A stretch of 64,000 nucleotides of DNA from an uncultured Spirochaetota bacterium (GCA_963781885.1 CAWAHW010000003.1:32001-96000); one strand, 5' to 3'; positions 20,562 to 32,356 are shown, counted from the stretch's first letter. Numbers and translations are program-made. Notes: generated from the sequence alone by a model not told the origin.

Positions 20562-21815
20562 GTGGAAACCAACGCGCCGGCCGAAAAACTCTGGACGCGC
20601 AACTTCCTCCTCCTCTGGCAGGGACAGCTCGTGTCGATACTCGGGGACGTCGTCTACGCCATCGCGCTGGGCTTCTGGATCCTCGGCGCCACGGGCTCCA
20701 CGGCGCTCATGGGCGGGCTGCTGGCCGCCTCGACGCTTCCGCGCATCCTCGTCTCGCCGGTCGCGGGAGTCGTGGTGGACAGGTTCGACCGGCGCCGGCT
20801 CATGATCTGGATGGACGTGATCCGCGGCGCGGCCGTCGTGGCGGTCGCCATCGGCGCCATTGCGGGATTCCTGCAGGTCTGGATGGTCTTCGCCGCGGGC
20901 ATCGTCATCGGCGTCTGCGGCGCCTTCTTCTCACCCTCGGTGAGCTCCGTCATCCCCGATATCACCGGCAAGACCAGGGTCGTGCAGGCCAACTCCGTGT
21001 TCAGCATGATCGGCACGGGGGCGAACATCATCGGCAACTCGGTGGGGGGGGTGCTCTTCCAGGTGCTGGGTGCGCCGCTTCTCTTCCTCTTCAACGGCAT
21101 CTCGTATCTGTTCTCCGCCGGCAGCCTGCTTTTCGCGCGCTTTCCGCGCGTGGAGCACGCGCACGCGCAGACCCATTTCCTCACGGACCTGAAGAGCGGC
21201 TTTTCTTTCGTCTGGAAGATCCGCGGACTTCGCTTCCTCGTCCTCAGCGCGGCGGTGCTGAACTTCTTCGCCAACATGGCGATCGTCCTCCTCCTCCCCT
21301 TCTACCAGAGGAACCCGGCGCTCGGGCCCGTCAAGTACGGCATTGCAATGGCGCTCTTCACCGGCGGCGCGTTCCTCGGCATGGCGCTTACCGCGACGGT
21401 GAAGATTCCCGCTGCACGCCGATTTTTCTGGTTTATCTGGAGCGGGCTGGGTTCGACGGTCTTCCTCATCGTTTTCCCCTTTGTCGGAAGCTTCCCTTTC
21501 GCGATTGCTCTTCTGGCTTTTTCCGGCTTCGCCAACGCAGTGTTGAATGTACTCTTCATGGCCGTCGTGCAGCTCGCCGTTCCCCAGAATATGCGCGGCA
21601 AGGCCTTTTCCCTCCTGGGCATGATCACGCAGGGCCTGACGCCGATCGCATTCGCGCTTGCGGGCGTCCTTGCGGAGTTCCTCCCCCTCGCGCCCCTCAT
21701 GAGCGCCTGTTTCGCCGTGACCCTGATCGTCGGCGTTCCGATGGGATTCGCGGCTTCCCTGCGGCGCTTCATCAACTTCGACCCGGAGAAAGACACGATA
21801 GAGTCGGTGAGCTGA
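20562..21815 (+). CDS. MFS transporter (DHA3/MefA-like)
   Basis: NFLLLWQGQLVSILGD, AGVVVDRFDRRRLMI motif A, about 12 TM segments; GTG start inferred. Confidence 0.88.
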   Translation: METNAPAEKLWTRNFLLLWQGQLVSILGDVVYAIALGFWILGATGSTALMGGLLAASTLPRILVSPVAGVVVDRFDRRRLMIWMDVIRGAAVVAVAIGAIAGFLQVWMVFAAGIVIGVCGAFFSPSVSSVIPDITGKTRVVQANSVFSMIGTGANIIGNSVGGVLFQVLGAPLLFLFNGISYLFSAGSLLFARFPRVEHAHAQTHFLTDLKSGFSFVWKIRGLRFLVLSAAVLNFFANMAIVLLLPFYQRNPALGPVKYGIAMALFTGGAFLGMALTATVKIPAARRFFWFIWSGLGSTVFLIVFPFVGSFPFAIALLAFSGFANAVLNVLFMAVVQLAVPQNMRGKAFSLLGMITQGLTPIAFALAGVLAEFLPLAPLMSACFAVTLIVGVPMGFAASLRRFINFDPEKDTIESVS

Positions 21816-21873
21816 AGCGGGCGCGGCCGCGGGCGGTGTACAGGCGAGGCCCGCGGGGCTATGCTCGTCCACC

Positions 21874-22968
21874 ATGAGACACGCGTTGATCCTGGCAGGC
21901 GGCTCCGGCACGCGTTTGTGGCCCATGAGCCGCGGCGCAACACCCAAGCAGCTCCTCCCCCTGATCAAGGGGAAGAGCCTTCTCTCCCTGGCCTGGGATC
22001 GGCTTGAGGGGCTCATACCGGCGGAATGCCGCTGGGTCTGCGCCAGCGAGCGGCATGCGGCCGCCGTACGTGCGGCGCTGCCGGAGCTTCGCGCGGAGCG
22101 CTGGCTGGGTGAGCCGGTCGGCCGCGACACGTTTCCCGCGCTCGCCTATGCCTCCGCGGCCATTGCGCGCGTGGATCCGGATGCGACCATCTGTGTCCTG
22201 ACGGCTGACCACCTCATGACGCCGGCGGATGCTTTCCGCGCGACGCTCGCAGACGGGTGCGCCGCGGCGGAGACCGCGCCGGGCATCCTCGTCACCTTCG
22301 GCATCGCCCCCACGTCGCCCGCCACGGGGTATGGCTACCTGCGGCTGGGTGCGCCTTTTCAGGGACGCGCACGGGTCGTGCAGGAGTTCAAGGAGAAGCC
22401 TGACGCGCAGACCGCGGTGGCGTGGGTCGCGGAGGGACCCTCGCATTTCCTGTGGAACAGCGGCATGTTCGTCTGGAAGGCGGCCTCTTTCCTGGCGTGT
22501 GCAGGCCGTTACGAGCCCGAGGTTGTGGCGGCAGTCAACCGCATCGCGGATGCGCGCGGAACGGCCGCGCAGGCCTCAATGATCGCCACGCTCTATCCAA
22601 CGCTGAAAAAGATCAGCGTCGACTATGCGGTGATGGAGAAGGCGACGCGCGACCCATCGGCAATGGTCGTCGCGCTTCCCATGGAGCTCGCGTGGCGTGA
22701 CATCGGGTCGTGGACCGCTTTTGCCGAAACGTGCGAACGCGACAACGCAGGCAATGCGCTCGCGGCGGAGCGCCATCTGCTCGTCGATACGGCCGGCACG
22801 CTGGTCGTCTCCGCCGATCCCTCGCATCTGGTCGCGACGATTGGCTGCGACGACCTCATCATCGTGCACACCGCCACGGCAACGCTCGTCTGCCGCAAGG
22901 ACCGCGCGGAAGACATCAAGAAGCTGCAGGCGCTTGCCGCGGAAAGATACGGCGCGGAGTACGTGTGA
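21874..22968 (+). CDS. manC: mannose-1-phosphate guanylyltransferase
   Basis: ILAGGSGTRLWPMSR..PKQ, EPVGRDT, FKEKP, WNSGMF, ISVDYAVME; no C-terminal cupin PMI domain. Confidence 0.92.
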   Translation: MRHALILAGGSGTRLWPMSRGATPKQLLPLIKGKSLLSLAWDRLEGLIPAECRWVCASERHAAAVRAALPELRAERWLGEPVGRDTFPALAYASAAIARVDPDATICVLTADHLMTPADAFRATLADGCAAAETAPGILVTFGIAPTSPATGYGYLRLGAPFQGRARVVQEFKEKPDAQTAVAWVAEGPSHFLWNSGMFVWKAASFLACAGRYEPEVVAAVNRIADARGTAAQASMIATLYPTLKKISVDYAVMEKATRDPSAMVVALPMELAWRDIGSWTAFAETCERDNAGNALAAERHLLVDTAGTLVVSADPSHLVATIGCDDLIIVHTATATLVCRKDRAEDIKKLQALAAERYGAEYV

Positions 22969-22978
22969 GACGGCGTCT

Positions 22979-25965
22979 TTACGACGCCGTCGGCACCCCC
23001 GCCTTGAACAGCATCGCCTTCGGCGACCGGGCGGCCACCGAGTAGGCCACGCCTGCCGGGACCATCGCGCATGCGCCGCGCGCCAGTGTCAGGGTCCGGC
23101 CCGCTGCCACGAGTGCGGCGGCGCCATCGATGACGATGAGGGTGTCGGCGCTGTGCTCCCGGCCGCCGGAATAGGGCACGCCCGGCGTCACGTCGATGCG
23201 CTCCAGAGCGAACTCTTCCGTCGGTGTCTCATATTCCCTGCTTGTTTCCGACGACGTCCGTCCCTCCAGGATCAGCGGCGCCCCATCGCGGAAGACAAGC
23301 GTCGCGAGCAGCTCCGGTACGTCGACGTGCTTCTCCGTGAGCCCCCCCCGCAGCACGTTGTCCGAGTTGGACATGAGCTCGACATTCACCCCTTCCAGGT
23401 ACGCGTGGAGCGTGCCCGCGGGCTGGAACGTGCCCTGCCCTGGCTTCAGGTGAACGAGGTTCAGGAGATAGATCGAAACGATGCCCCTGTCGTGATGCCC
23501 GCCGGGCAAGGGGAAAGGCGCGGGAAGCGCGCAGCACCCAGAAGCCGTGCTGCTCCTTTGTCAGGGCGCCCTGCCCCTCCGCGGCGAGAAGGCGCGCAAC
23601 GAGCGGCCCGGGCAATGGCGTCGATATTCGCCTGCGGCATGGTCATGATGTGCGCGTAGAGGTCCCGCAGAAGCGTGGTCCGGGCCTCGTCATTCGCGCC
23701 ACGCCGCCTCTGGCCGAAGTCCGGCATGAGCGCCGCGAGCTCGGGCTCCGTCTCCAGCGCATCGGCGATCTCGGGAAGCGGACGGAAGCCATGGAGCATC
23801 CAGAAGTCGCTGAGCGCGACGTGGACCTCGGGTTTGTGGTTTTCGTCCCGGTAGTTCCTGTTCGGGGCATCCAGGGGGATTCCCGCCGCATTCTCCCGGG
23901 CGAATCCCTCCTCGGCCTGCGCCTTGGAGGGGTGCGCCTGGAGCGACGGCATGACGCGCACGTCGAGCACCTTGAAAAGGTAGGGGAGGCGCCCGGCGAA
24001 TCTGAGAGCGGCGTCCGGGCCGAGCGTGAGCCAGGGATCGGCTGCCACGAGCTGGTCCAGCGAGACGCGGGCTTCGTCGATCGTGGCCTGCGCGGTGCCC
24101 CGGGGGTGCGCGCCCAGCCACAGCTCCGCGAAGGGCCGGCGCTCGCTGTTGTCCCTGCCGAGGAGGCCCGGGATGAAGTCGTATCCTCCCCAGGCATAGG
24201 GCTGGACCACGCCCAGAAGCGGAAAGGGCCGCGGCAGCGCCCGGTAGCTCGCCAGCGCAACGCGCTGGAAGGAGTCGGTCGCCATTTGGCCGAGGATGCC
24301 GCCGGGCGACGCGCACGCCCGGAGCATTTCCTCCGCGCGCGCGGCCGTGTCCGCGGTCACGTACAGGCGCATCTCGGGGGCGTTGCCGGAAGGCCGCAGA
24401 TGCACGACGTCCCCCGTCTGGAAGCGGATGCGCACGCCGTCCTGCCAGTTCAGGCGTTCGACCTCGGTGAAACCCGCGGCCGGAGTGAAAGAGTGCGCGA
24501 TGTGCGACCGGAAGCCCTGCACCCGTTCCGCCAGGGGGTCGCCTGGTTCCACGACGCGTTCGGCGCCGTCTGCGTCACGCACCCGGATCGAGCCGTCGGC
24601 AAAGTGGGCCTCGATGACGGACGCACCCGTGGGTGTGAGCCATGCCATGATCTCGGCCGCTGCTTTCATCGGATAGTCGTGCAGCACGGCGGATCTCCCC
24701 TGCCGGGGGGGAAGCGTTTCCAGAAGCGACAAGAGCGAGCGGCCCTTTCCCAGCGACGCGGAGAGAACGCAGGAGATGGGGAGGAGCGCGTCCCGGGTGG
24801 GAAGCGGATCGAGGGACCCGCCGCCTGGCACGCCCAGGGGAACGGCGGTGAGGAAGCCGCCGTTGCCTTCCCAGCCTGCCTCCCGCATGGCAGCGACGAC
24901 GTACGGCGAGCCGATACGCGTCTTCACCAGGGAGATGGACGCATCCCGCGCCCAGAGGTCGACGGCGTCGTTGACGTTCACGGGAACGGCGCAATGCCGC
25001 ACACCCAGGAAGGAGGCGGTGAGCAGCCCCACGATGTCGCCTGGAATGAAGCGCACCCGGCCGTTCTCCACGGCCATGACGAGCGGCCTGTCGCTGTCAC
25101 CGTCCGTCGATACCACGGCTTCAATCTGAGCCCCGCCGTGCGCATCCACGAGGGCCTGCACCGCGTCGAGCATCTCCTTGTTCACAGCCTCCGTGTCGAT
25201 GGGCACGAAGGTGTCGCTGCGGCCGGCGCGGACCACCACGGCGCCCAGCGCGCCCAGGACCTGGCAAAGCAGGTCCCGCCCCACGGCGGAATGCTCCCAG
25301 ACCAGCACCCGGCGGCCGGCGAGCGCGCCGGCGGGAAAGGCCGCGGTGAAGCGCGCCGCGTATTCCGCGGCCGCTTCGGCGTTGGCTTCCGGAAGCGACA
25401 GCCGATGCTCGGGCCGCAGCATGCCGCGCTCGTCGAAGATGCTCTGCGCAAAGGGCCGGCCGTACTCCGAGGCGCGCGCCGCGCGGACCGCCTCCAGGAT
25501 CGGCGCTTCGTGCTGCTTCTGCACCTCGCCGGTCGGCAGGGTGAACTTGATGCCGTTGCGATCGTAGGGGATGTGGCTGCCGGTCACCATGATGCCGGGC
25601 GCGCCGCGCTTCATCGCGTAGAGCACGAGCGCGGGCGTCGGGATGAGCCCGAGATTCCCCGTGGAGAGCCCGGCATCCACAATGGCGCGATGCACCGCGG
25701 AGAGGATGTCGCCGCGGAAATCCTCGTCGGCGACGATGGCGACCGTGCTGGGGCGCAGGTCGCCGGCGATGAACACCGCGGAGCCCGGTGGGACGCCCGC
25801 GTGCGCCATTGCCCACGCGAGAAACCCGCGCGTGCTGGCGTACGCCTCGAGATTGGTGATGTCGCGGACCCGGCCGCGCAGACCGCTCGTGCCGAATGCA
25901 AGCTCGACCGGTTCGTAGGAGAGCGACTGGCGCAGGGTGATGACGGATGCCTTCTTCTGTTTCAC
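22979..25965 (-). CDS. phosphomannomutase/phosphoglucomutase fused to type I mannose-6-phosphate isomerase; two frameshifts (~23611, ~23511)
   Basis: N-part: [24 protein letters not shown]-part in the same frame: [39 protein letters not shown]. After the shifts: [26 protein letters not shown]. Confidence 0.85.
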
Positions 25966-26058
25966 GATGCCCGCAGTGTACCGGACGGTCGCGGGTCTGG
26001 TATAGTCATGCAGCACGCGATGTACCGCCCGGCAAAGGGTGCGGGAAAGGGGGCAGGC

Positions 26059-27027
26059 ATGAAGGCAATGGTCGTGGCGCGCTATGGCGGGCCCGAGGCG
26101 CTCGCGCTGGAGGACATCCCGCGGCCCGAACCGGGGCAGGGTGAGGCACGGGTGAGGATCGAGTTCTCCGGCGTGAACTTCATCGACGTCTACGGCCGCA
26201 AGGGTCTCTATTCGGGCCCGCTCCCGCGCGTGCTCGGCGACGAGGCGGCAGGCGTCGTCGACGCGGTGGGACCCGGTGTCACGGACGTGAAGCCGGGGGA
26301 CAGGGTGGCCTGGGCGATGCAGACCGGGTCCTACGCCCAGTACGCCTGCGTGAGCGCATGGAGACTCGTCCCGGTCCCCGCCGGTGTCTCCACGCGCGAC
26401 GCGGCGGCGGTCCTTCTCCAGGGCATGACGGCCCACTACCTTGCGACGAGCACCTACCCGCTGGGCCCCCGCGACACCGCGCTCGTCCACGCGGCTGCCG
26501 GCGGCACCGGCCGACTGCTGGTGCAGGTCGCCAAGCGCCGCGGCGCGCGCGTCATCGGCACCGTCTCCACGGCCGAAAAGGAAAAGCTCGCGCGCGACGC
26601 GGGTGCCGACGAGGTCATCCGGTACACGGAGACCGACTTCGACGTGGAAGCGCGCAGGCTGACGGGCGGCAGGGGCGTGGACGTGGTCTTTGACTCGGTG
26701 GGACAGGCCACATTCGAGCGCAGCCTCAACTCACTGCGTCCGCGCGGTTGCCTCGTGCTCTTCGGGCAGTCCAGCGGGCCCGTCTCCCCCCTGGATCCAC
26801 AGGTGCTCAACCGCAAGGGCTCCCTCTTCCTGACCCGGCCGACACTCGCCCATTACACGGCCAACCGGGATGAGCTTCTGTCACGGGCGGCGGAGGTGTT
26901 TGGCTGGATGGCGTCCGGGGCGCTGCAGGTGAGGGTGGACAAGGTGTTCCCTCTCGCCGACGCCGGCCGCGCGCATGAGTATCTGGAAAGCCGGGAGACG
27001 AAAGGCAAGGTCCTGCTGGAGATTTAG
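26059..27027 (+). CDS. qor: NADPH:quinone oxidoreductase (zeta-crystallin/MDR family)
   Basis: [41 protein letters not shown]. Confidence 0.9.
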   Translation: MKAMVVARYGGPEALALEDIPRPEPGQGEARVRIEFSGVNFIDVYGRKGLYSGPLPRVLGDEAAGVVDAVGPGVTDVKPGDRVAWAMQTGSYAQYACVSAWRLVPVPAGVSTRDAAAVLLQGMTAHYLATSTYPLGPRDTALVHAAAGGTGRLLVQVAKRRGARVIGTVSTAEKEKLARDAGADEVIRYTETDFDVEARRLTGGRGVDVVFDSVGQATFERSLNSLRPRGCLVLFGQSSGPVSPLDPQVLNRKGSLFLTRPTLAHYTANRDELLSRAAEVFGWMASGALQVRVDKVFPLADAGRAHEYLESRETKGKVLLEI

Positions 27028-27057
27028 CGGCCGTCCCGCGCGAGCTCGTTCAGGACC

Positions 27058-28208
27058 TCACTTCAGCACCGCCTTCAGACCCGGGATACGCCGAAGGATC
27101 AGGAAGGAAACGGCGAGCGTCGTCGCGAAGGCCAATGGGGCAACGGCGGCGTGCTTGAGGAGAAACGGCGCCTGCCAGGACCGCAGGAGCAGGGAGATGG
27201 AAATCAGGATCGGCGCGTGGAACATGTAGATGCCGAAAGAGTTCCTGGCGAGAAGCCGCGTGAAGGCGTTCTCCACGCTCAGGAACTTCCGGAAAAAGGC
27301 GATGAGCCCTATCGAAAAACCGATCGCCACGAAGGCTTCCCAGAACGCGTAGGCGAAGCTCTGCCAGTTCAGGCCCCCGCCTATCAGCGTTTTCCCCCGG
27401 CCGCGGCTTGACCGACAGCAAGGATGATGAACCACACCGGGAGGCCGGCCGACAGGACGACCGTGAACCATCGCATGCCCGTCTTCTCGGGATAGTCTTC
27501 AAGCCATTTCCTCTCTCCCGCATGCAGGCCGAGGAGGAAGAGGGCAATATATGAGGCGAAATAGCAGAGCTGCAGATTTGCAACGCTCGTCCCGATGGGC
27601 TGCACGAGCCTGATGGAGAAAGCCGCCAGTCCGGTGGCCAGGATGATGAGGATCACGGTCAAAGTCCTTGGAGGAGCAGCCGCGACATTCTTCGCGGGCC
27701 GCATGGCCCTCCACGCGGCATAGAGCAGGCTGAATATGAGCAGCGCCTCGACGAACCAGAGCGGTCCCGTGGCTCCCACCCACCTGAAGGACACGAGATA
27801 GCCGACAAAGAGGCGGCCCGCTCCCGCCGAGCCCCGGACATTGCCGTCATTCATGATGAAATAGGAGATGCAGGGGTCGATGACGAACATGTAGATGAGC
27901 AGGGGAACGCCAAGGCGGAACAACCTTTCCTTCACGAAGCGGGCCGGCCCGCGCTTTGCAATGGACCGTGCCGCGAAGAAGGCGGCAAGGAAGAACAGGA
28001 GCCCCATGAACCATGCCTGTGTGAAGGAACCGTACAGGGCGAAAAACAGGGTGGAAAATATGTCGAGGTTCTTCGGGTCAGCTTCCGTGTAGTACCAGCC
28101 GCCGAAGCCGCTGTAAGTCACGTTGGAGTGCATGACGACCACGAGAAAGATGACGAATGACCGGATATTATCCAGGTAAGCAAAACGCTCCGTCTCAGCG
28201 GTTTTCAT
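27058..28208 (-). CDS. acyltransferase_3 (OpgC/OafA-like) membrane protein; frameshift at 27390-27398
   Basis: RFAYLDNIR, FMGLLFF, ERLFRLGVP, GPLWFV; second frame continues with NSFGIYMFHAP. Confidence 0.82.
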
Positions 28209-28301
28209 CCGCCCCCCTTGGGCGCCTGCTGGCGATATTTAAATGATATCATTACGATCTCAACTTGTCAAATGCTCTTTTCCGGCGTTAAACTGCCGCC
28301 C

Positions 28302-29699
28302 ATGATATCAGAGCTGCCCCGTGCGAAGACGATCATCGAGCCGTTCCGCATCAAGTCGGTGGAGCCCATCCGGCTCCTGTCCGCCGCAGAGCGTCAGCGC
28401 CACATCGAGGAGGCGGGCTACAACCTCTTCAAGCTGCGCGCGCAGGACGTCACATTCGACCTTCTCACGGATTCGGGAACCTCCGCCATGAGCGCCCGCC
28501 AGTGGGCCGGCATCATGGTCGGCGACGAATCCTACGCCGGCTCCCCGAGCTTCCAGCGCTTCGAGGCGGTCGTGCAGGCGCTCACGGGTCTTGCGAATGT
28601 CGTCCCGACGCACCAGGGACGATCGGCCGAGTTCCTCCTCATCCAGGCACTGGGCCTCTCAAAGGGCGACGTGGTGATCGGCAACACGCACTTCGACACG
28701 ACGCGCGCGAACATCGAGCACGTCGGCGCCGAGGCGCGGGACCTTCCCTGTAAAGAGAGCGCGGACACGCAGTCCGAGGCGCCCTTCAAGGGGAACATCG
28801 ACCTGGACGCACTTGCGGAGACGCTAAAAAAGGACCCCCGCCGGGTGCGCCTTGTCATCATCACGGTGACGAACAATTCCGTGGGCGGCCAGCCCGTTTC
28901 AATGGAGAACGTGCGGCGCGCCCGGGCCATCGTGAAGCCGTACGGCATCCCGCTCTTCCTCGACGTCGCGCGTTTCGCGGAGAATGCCTTCTTCATAAAG
29001 AAACGGGAGCCGGGCTTCCAGGACCGGCACGTGCGCGACATCGCGCACGAGATGTTCTCACTCTGCGACGGTGCGCTCATGAGCGCCAAGAAGGATGCCT
29101 TCGGCAACATCGGCGGCTTCCTCGCCATCGGCGACCCCGCGCTTGCCGAGACCGTGCGCAGCCTCATGGTGATCACGGAAGGCTTTCCGACCTACGGCGG
29201 CCTTGCGGGTCGGGACCTCGAGGCGCTCGCCATCGGCCTGGAGGAGATACTGGATGAGGACTACCTCACCTATCGCCTGCGCTCCACCGAGTATTTCGGA
29301 GAGGGCATCAGGGCGGCCGGCATTCCGGTGATCCGGCCCATCGGCGGTCATGCCGTGTACGTCGACGCGGGCGCGGCGCTCCCGCACATCCCCTGGCACC
29401 AATACCCGGGACAGTCGCTCAGCGTGGCGTTGTACACCGGCATCGGCATACGGTCCGTGGAGATAGGGTCGATCATGCTCGGGTCCCGAGACCCGGTCAC
29501 CGGCAAGGAGAGGCCTGCCCCGCAGGAGCTCGTGCGGCTTGCAATACCGCGGCGCGTGTACACCCAGAGCCACGTGGACTACATGATCGAGATGATCGGG
29601 CACCTGGCGGCCAGGCTGGGAGAGCTCAAAGGATATGCCTTCACCTACCAGGCGCCGGTGCTGCGGCATTTCACGGCGCGCTTCAAGCCGCTGGACTGA
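28302..29699 (+). CDS. tnaA: tryptophanase
   Basis: EPFRIKSVE, DLLTDSGT, SAKKD PLP lysine and LRHFTARF. Tyrosine phenol-lyase typically has SGKKD/LRFFTARF. Confidence 0.85.
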   Translation: MISELPRAKTIIEPFRIKSVEPIRLLSAAERQRHIEEAGYNLFKLRAQDVTFDLLTDSGTSAMSARQWAGIMVGDESYAGSPSFQRFEAVVQALTGLANVVPTHQGRSAEFLLIQALGLSKGDVVIGNTHFDTTRANIEHVGAEARDLPCKESADTQSEAPFKGNIDLDALAETLKKDPRRVRLVIITVTNNSVGGQPVSMENVRRARAIVKPYGIPLFLDVARFAENAFFIKKREPGFQDRHVRDIAHEMFSLCDGALMSAKKDAFGNIGGFLAIGDPALAETVRSLMVITEGFPTYGGLAGRDLEALAIGLEEILDEDYLTYRLRSTEYFGEGIRAAGIPVIRPIGGHAVYVDAGAALPHIPWHQYPGQSLSVALYTGIGIRSVEIGSIMLGSRDPVTGKERPAPQELVRLAIPRRVYTQSHVDYMIEMIGHLAARLGELKGYAFTYQAPVLRHFTARFKPLD

Positions 29700-29715
29700 G
29701 CGCGCCGCGTCGGAG

Positions 29716-30744
29716 CTATGCCGACAGGATTAGCTTCGCGGCTTGCTCGAACTGCTGCATCAGCAGCCGCCGGATCCCCGTCTCGGCAAGACCGTAGCGC
29801 AGGCCGTTGAGGTTGAGATCCCACAGCTCAGTCGCGGAAAGGCCCAGCTCGTCGCGCGCGCGGCGCCACTCACGACCCAGATCGGTGCCGAAGAAGGGGG
29901 GATCGTCCGTGGAAAGCGTGACGGGCACCCCGGCGTCCATGAACCGGCGCAGGGGGTGTGCCGCGACTGAAGGGAACACCTTCAGGCATTCGTTGCTGGT
30001 GAGGGCGATGTCGCAGCACACCCCCCTCTCCGCGAGCAGGCGGAGCACCGCGGGGTCCTCTGCCGCGCGCACGCCGTGCTGGACGCGCCGCACGCCCAGC
30101 TCCATCACCGCCTGCTGCACGTGCGCGGCACCGCCCGTCTCTCCTGCATGCGCCACGGTCCAGTATCCCGCCCTGCGCGCGCGGTCGAAGAACTCCCTGA
30201 ACATGGCGCGCGGCAGACCCGTTTCAGGTCCCCCGAGGCCCAGCGCCACCACCAGCGGGTTGGCCTCCTGCTCCAGCAGCGTCACGGTATAGTCCCCGCT
30301 CACCCCGGCGGATTCCCCCGAGATGTCGGTGATCAGCCGTACGATCGGTCCGCCGGAGCTCTGCGCGGCGGCAAACCTGCGCGTGACGATGTCCAGCGCC
30401 CTGCGGCCGCCGATTCCGAATTTTTCATGGTTGTAGGGTGTGAAATGAAGTTCCGCGTAGCGGATATTCTGTCGGGCGCAGTCCGACAGGAATCCGTCCA
30501 CCATCCGCTCGTAGTCTTCGGGCGTGCGGAAGCACGAGCACATCAGGAGCCACAGCTCGATGAAGGCGTCAAAGCTCGTGAACGCGTACAGGCGGCGCAG
30601 CTCGTGGATGCTGTCGGCGGGAAGCGCGACGTGATTCGCGGCCGCCATGGCCCAGAGGGTCTCGGGCGCAATGGTGCCCTCGAGGTGGAGATGCACTTCC
30701 GCCTTTGGAAGCCGCGCGATCTGTTCGTCTGTTGGTGTGGCCAT
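29716..30744 (-). CDS. add: adenosine/adenine deaminase
   Basis: LPKAEVHLHLEG, AHAGE, RVQHG, LSTDDP; own ATG 30744 with a promoter-like arrangement upstream. Confidence 0.88.
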   Translation of the reverse strand: MATPTDEQIARLPKAEVHLHLEGTIAPETLWAMAAANHVALPADSIHELRRLYAFTSFDAFIELWLLMCSCFRTPEDYERMVDGFLSDCARQNIRYAELHFTPYNHEKFGIGGRRALDIVTRRFAAAQSSGGPIVRLITDISGESAGVSGDYTVTLLEQEANPLVVALGLGGPETGLPRAMFREFFDRARRAGYWTVAHAGETGGAAHVQQAVMELGVRRVQHGVRAAEDPAVLRLLAERGVCCDIALTSNECLKVFPSVAAHPLRRFMDAGVPVTLSTDDPPFFGTDLGREWRRARDELGLSATELWDLNLNGLRYGLAETGIRRLLMQQFEQAAKLILSA

Positions 30745-30776
30745 GCCAATGCTCGTACCGAATCCGGCCGCTCCGG

Positions 30777-32244
30777 TCAAGGACTCTCCGGCTCGTCGAC
30801 GGGCACACCCGGCCTGATGCGACGGCTGCAAGGCGGAGACGAGCGCCGCCACGATCGTGATGACAACGGATATGCCGAAGACCTCGTGGAGGCCGCGGGT
30901 GAAGCTTTCCAGCGCCGGGGATGCGCCGGACATGCCGCCGCCGTACAGGAATATCTTGAACATCACGTCCTGTGGAATGCGGCTGAGCACGAGCGGGAAG
31001 GCGAGCGTGATGCTGAGCATCTGGCCGGTGTTCATGAGCATGGTCCGGATGCCCGCGGCGCTGCCGCGATGCTCCCGTGCGACGGCCGTCATGATGGTGT
31101 TCGTGTTCGGCGAGCTGAACAGCCCCGAGCCGCCGCCCATGAGGACCATATAGAGCGCAAGGAGCCAGTAGGGAGTCGAGGCGCTCACGGTGGCGAGCCC
31201 GAAGAGGCCGACGGCGGAAACGAGCAGACCGGCGGTCGCCAGGCCCCGCGAGCCGTGCCTGTCGGAGAGATAGCCCGAGAAGGGACCCACGAGCATGAAT
31301 GCCGCGCCGAACGGGGCCATCATGATGCCCGCCTGGAGGGGATCCTTCCCATACGGACCCTGGAGGAAAAAGATCAGCACGAAGAGCACCGCGCCGCGGG
31401 CAAGACCGTTGAGCGCGTTCGCCAGGGATGCAAAGGAGAAGAGTCTCTGGCGGAAGAGACGCAGGTCGAGCATGGGCTGCGGCGCGCGCACTTCCACGAC
31501 GAAGAAGAAGATCAGGCCCACGACCCCGCAGCCGAGGATGACCATCACAATGGGAAATGCCAGGAGGGGGAAGGCGAGCAGGGAGAGTGCCAGGAGCGTC
31601 GCGCCGAGGCCGACCGTGAAGGTGACGCTTCCCGGCCAGTCGAATGTCTGGGAAGGCGCCGGACGTCGGGGCTCCCTCAAGCGCAGGATGCCCCATACCG
31701 TGCCGAATATCCCCAGGGGCACATTGACAAGGTAGACCCAGCGCCACGAGATCGCCGTGAGAAGACCGCCGACAACGGGTCCCAGCAGGAAGCCTGCTGC
31801 CGCGGCGATCTGGTTCACTCCCAGGCCGAGGCCGACCCTGCCGCGCTCGAAGGCATCGGTGACGATCGCGGTGCTGTTCGTGAAGAGGAGGGCCCCGCCG
31901 ACGCCCTGGATGACGCGCGACACCACCATGTCCCAGGCGTGGAACTGCGGCTGGGAGAGCCCCGCGAGCAGCGAGCCCAGCGTGAAGATCACGAAGCCGG
32001 CGTTGTAGAGATTCTTCCGGCCGTACATGTCGGCAAGCCTGCCGATGACGGGGACGAGGGCCGTCGTGATAAGCAGGTAGCCGAGCAGCACCCACATGAT
32101 GGTAAGGAATCCCGCCCGCAAACCCGTGAGGATTTGCGGCAGCGCGATGGTGAGGGCCGAGCCCTGTATCGATGCAAGCAGGGCCCCGACCGTCGTGACG
32201 GAAAGGGCCGTCCATTCGTAACGAGTGTCCGTGCGATTTTCCAC
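30777..32244 (-). CDS. MFS transporter, DHA2 (14-TM) family; apparent read-through into add, probably from an extra base at 30808-30810
   Basis: GRLADMYGRK, RVIQGVGGA, WRWVYLVNVPLG, PMLDLRLF. Removing one base in the CCC run gives ...AGVPVDEPESP-TGA (30777-30779). Confidence 0.82.
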
Positions 32245-32321
32245 GACAGAGAATATACGGAAAGAAGGCCTGCGATGCATCAGGGTCGCCCGCCCACTCC
32301 CTGTCCGGACCCGCCCGGGCC

Positions 32322-32350
32322 TTGACCCTCCCACGCGCCGCGGATACACC
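32322..32350 (+). promoter_or_regulatory. leaderless-type promoter (TTGACC-17-TACACC-6nt-ATG)
   Basis: TTGACC 32322-32327, TACACC 32345-32350, ATG 32357, no SD sequence. Confidence 0.45.
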
Positions 32351-32356
32351 ACCGGC

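Noticed and set aside
23650-27027. Very long ORFs such as 23650-27027, 30076-32325, 1588-3732 and 59646-62297
   Set aside because: These are antisense or off-frame shadow ORFs typical of high-GC DNA. Only the qor portion (26059-27027) has recognisable motifs.
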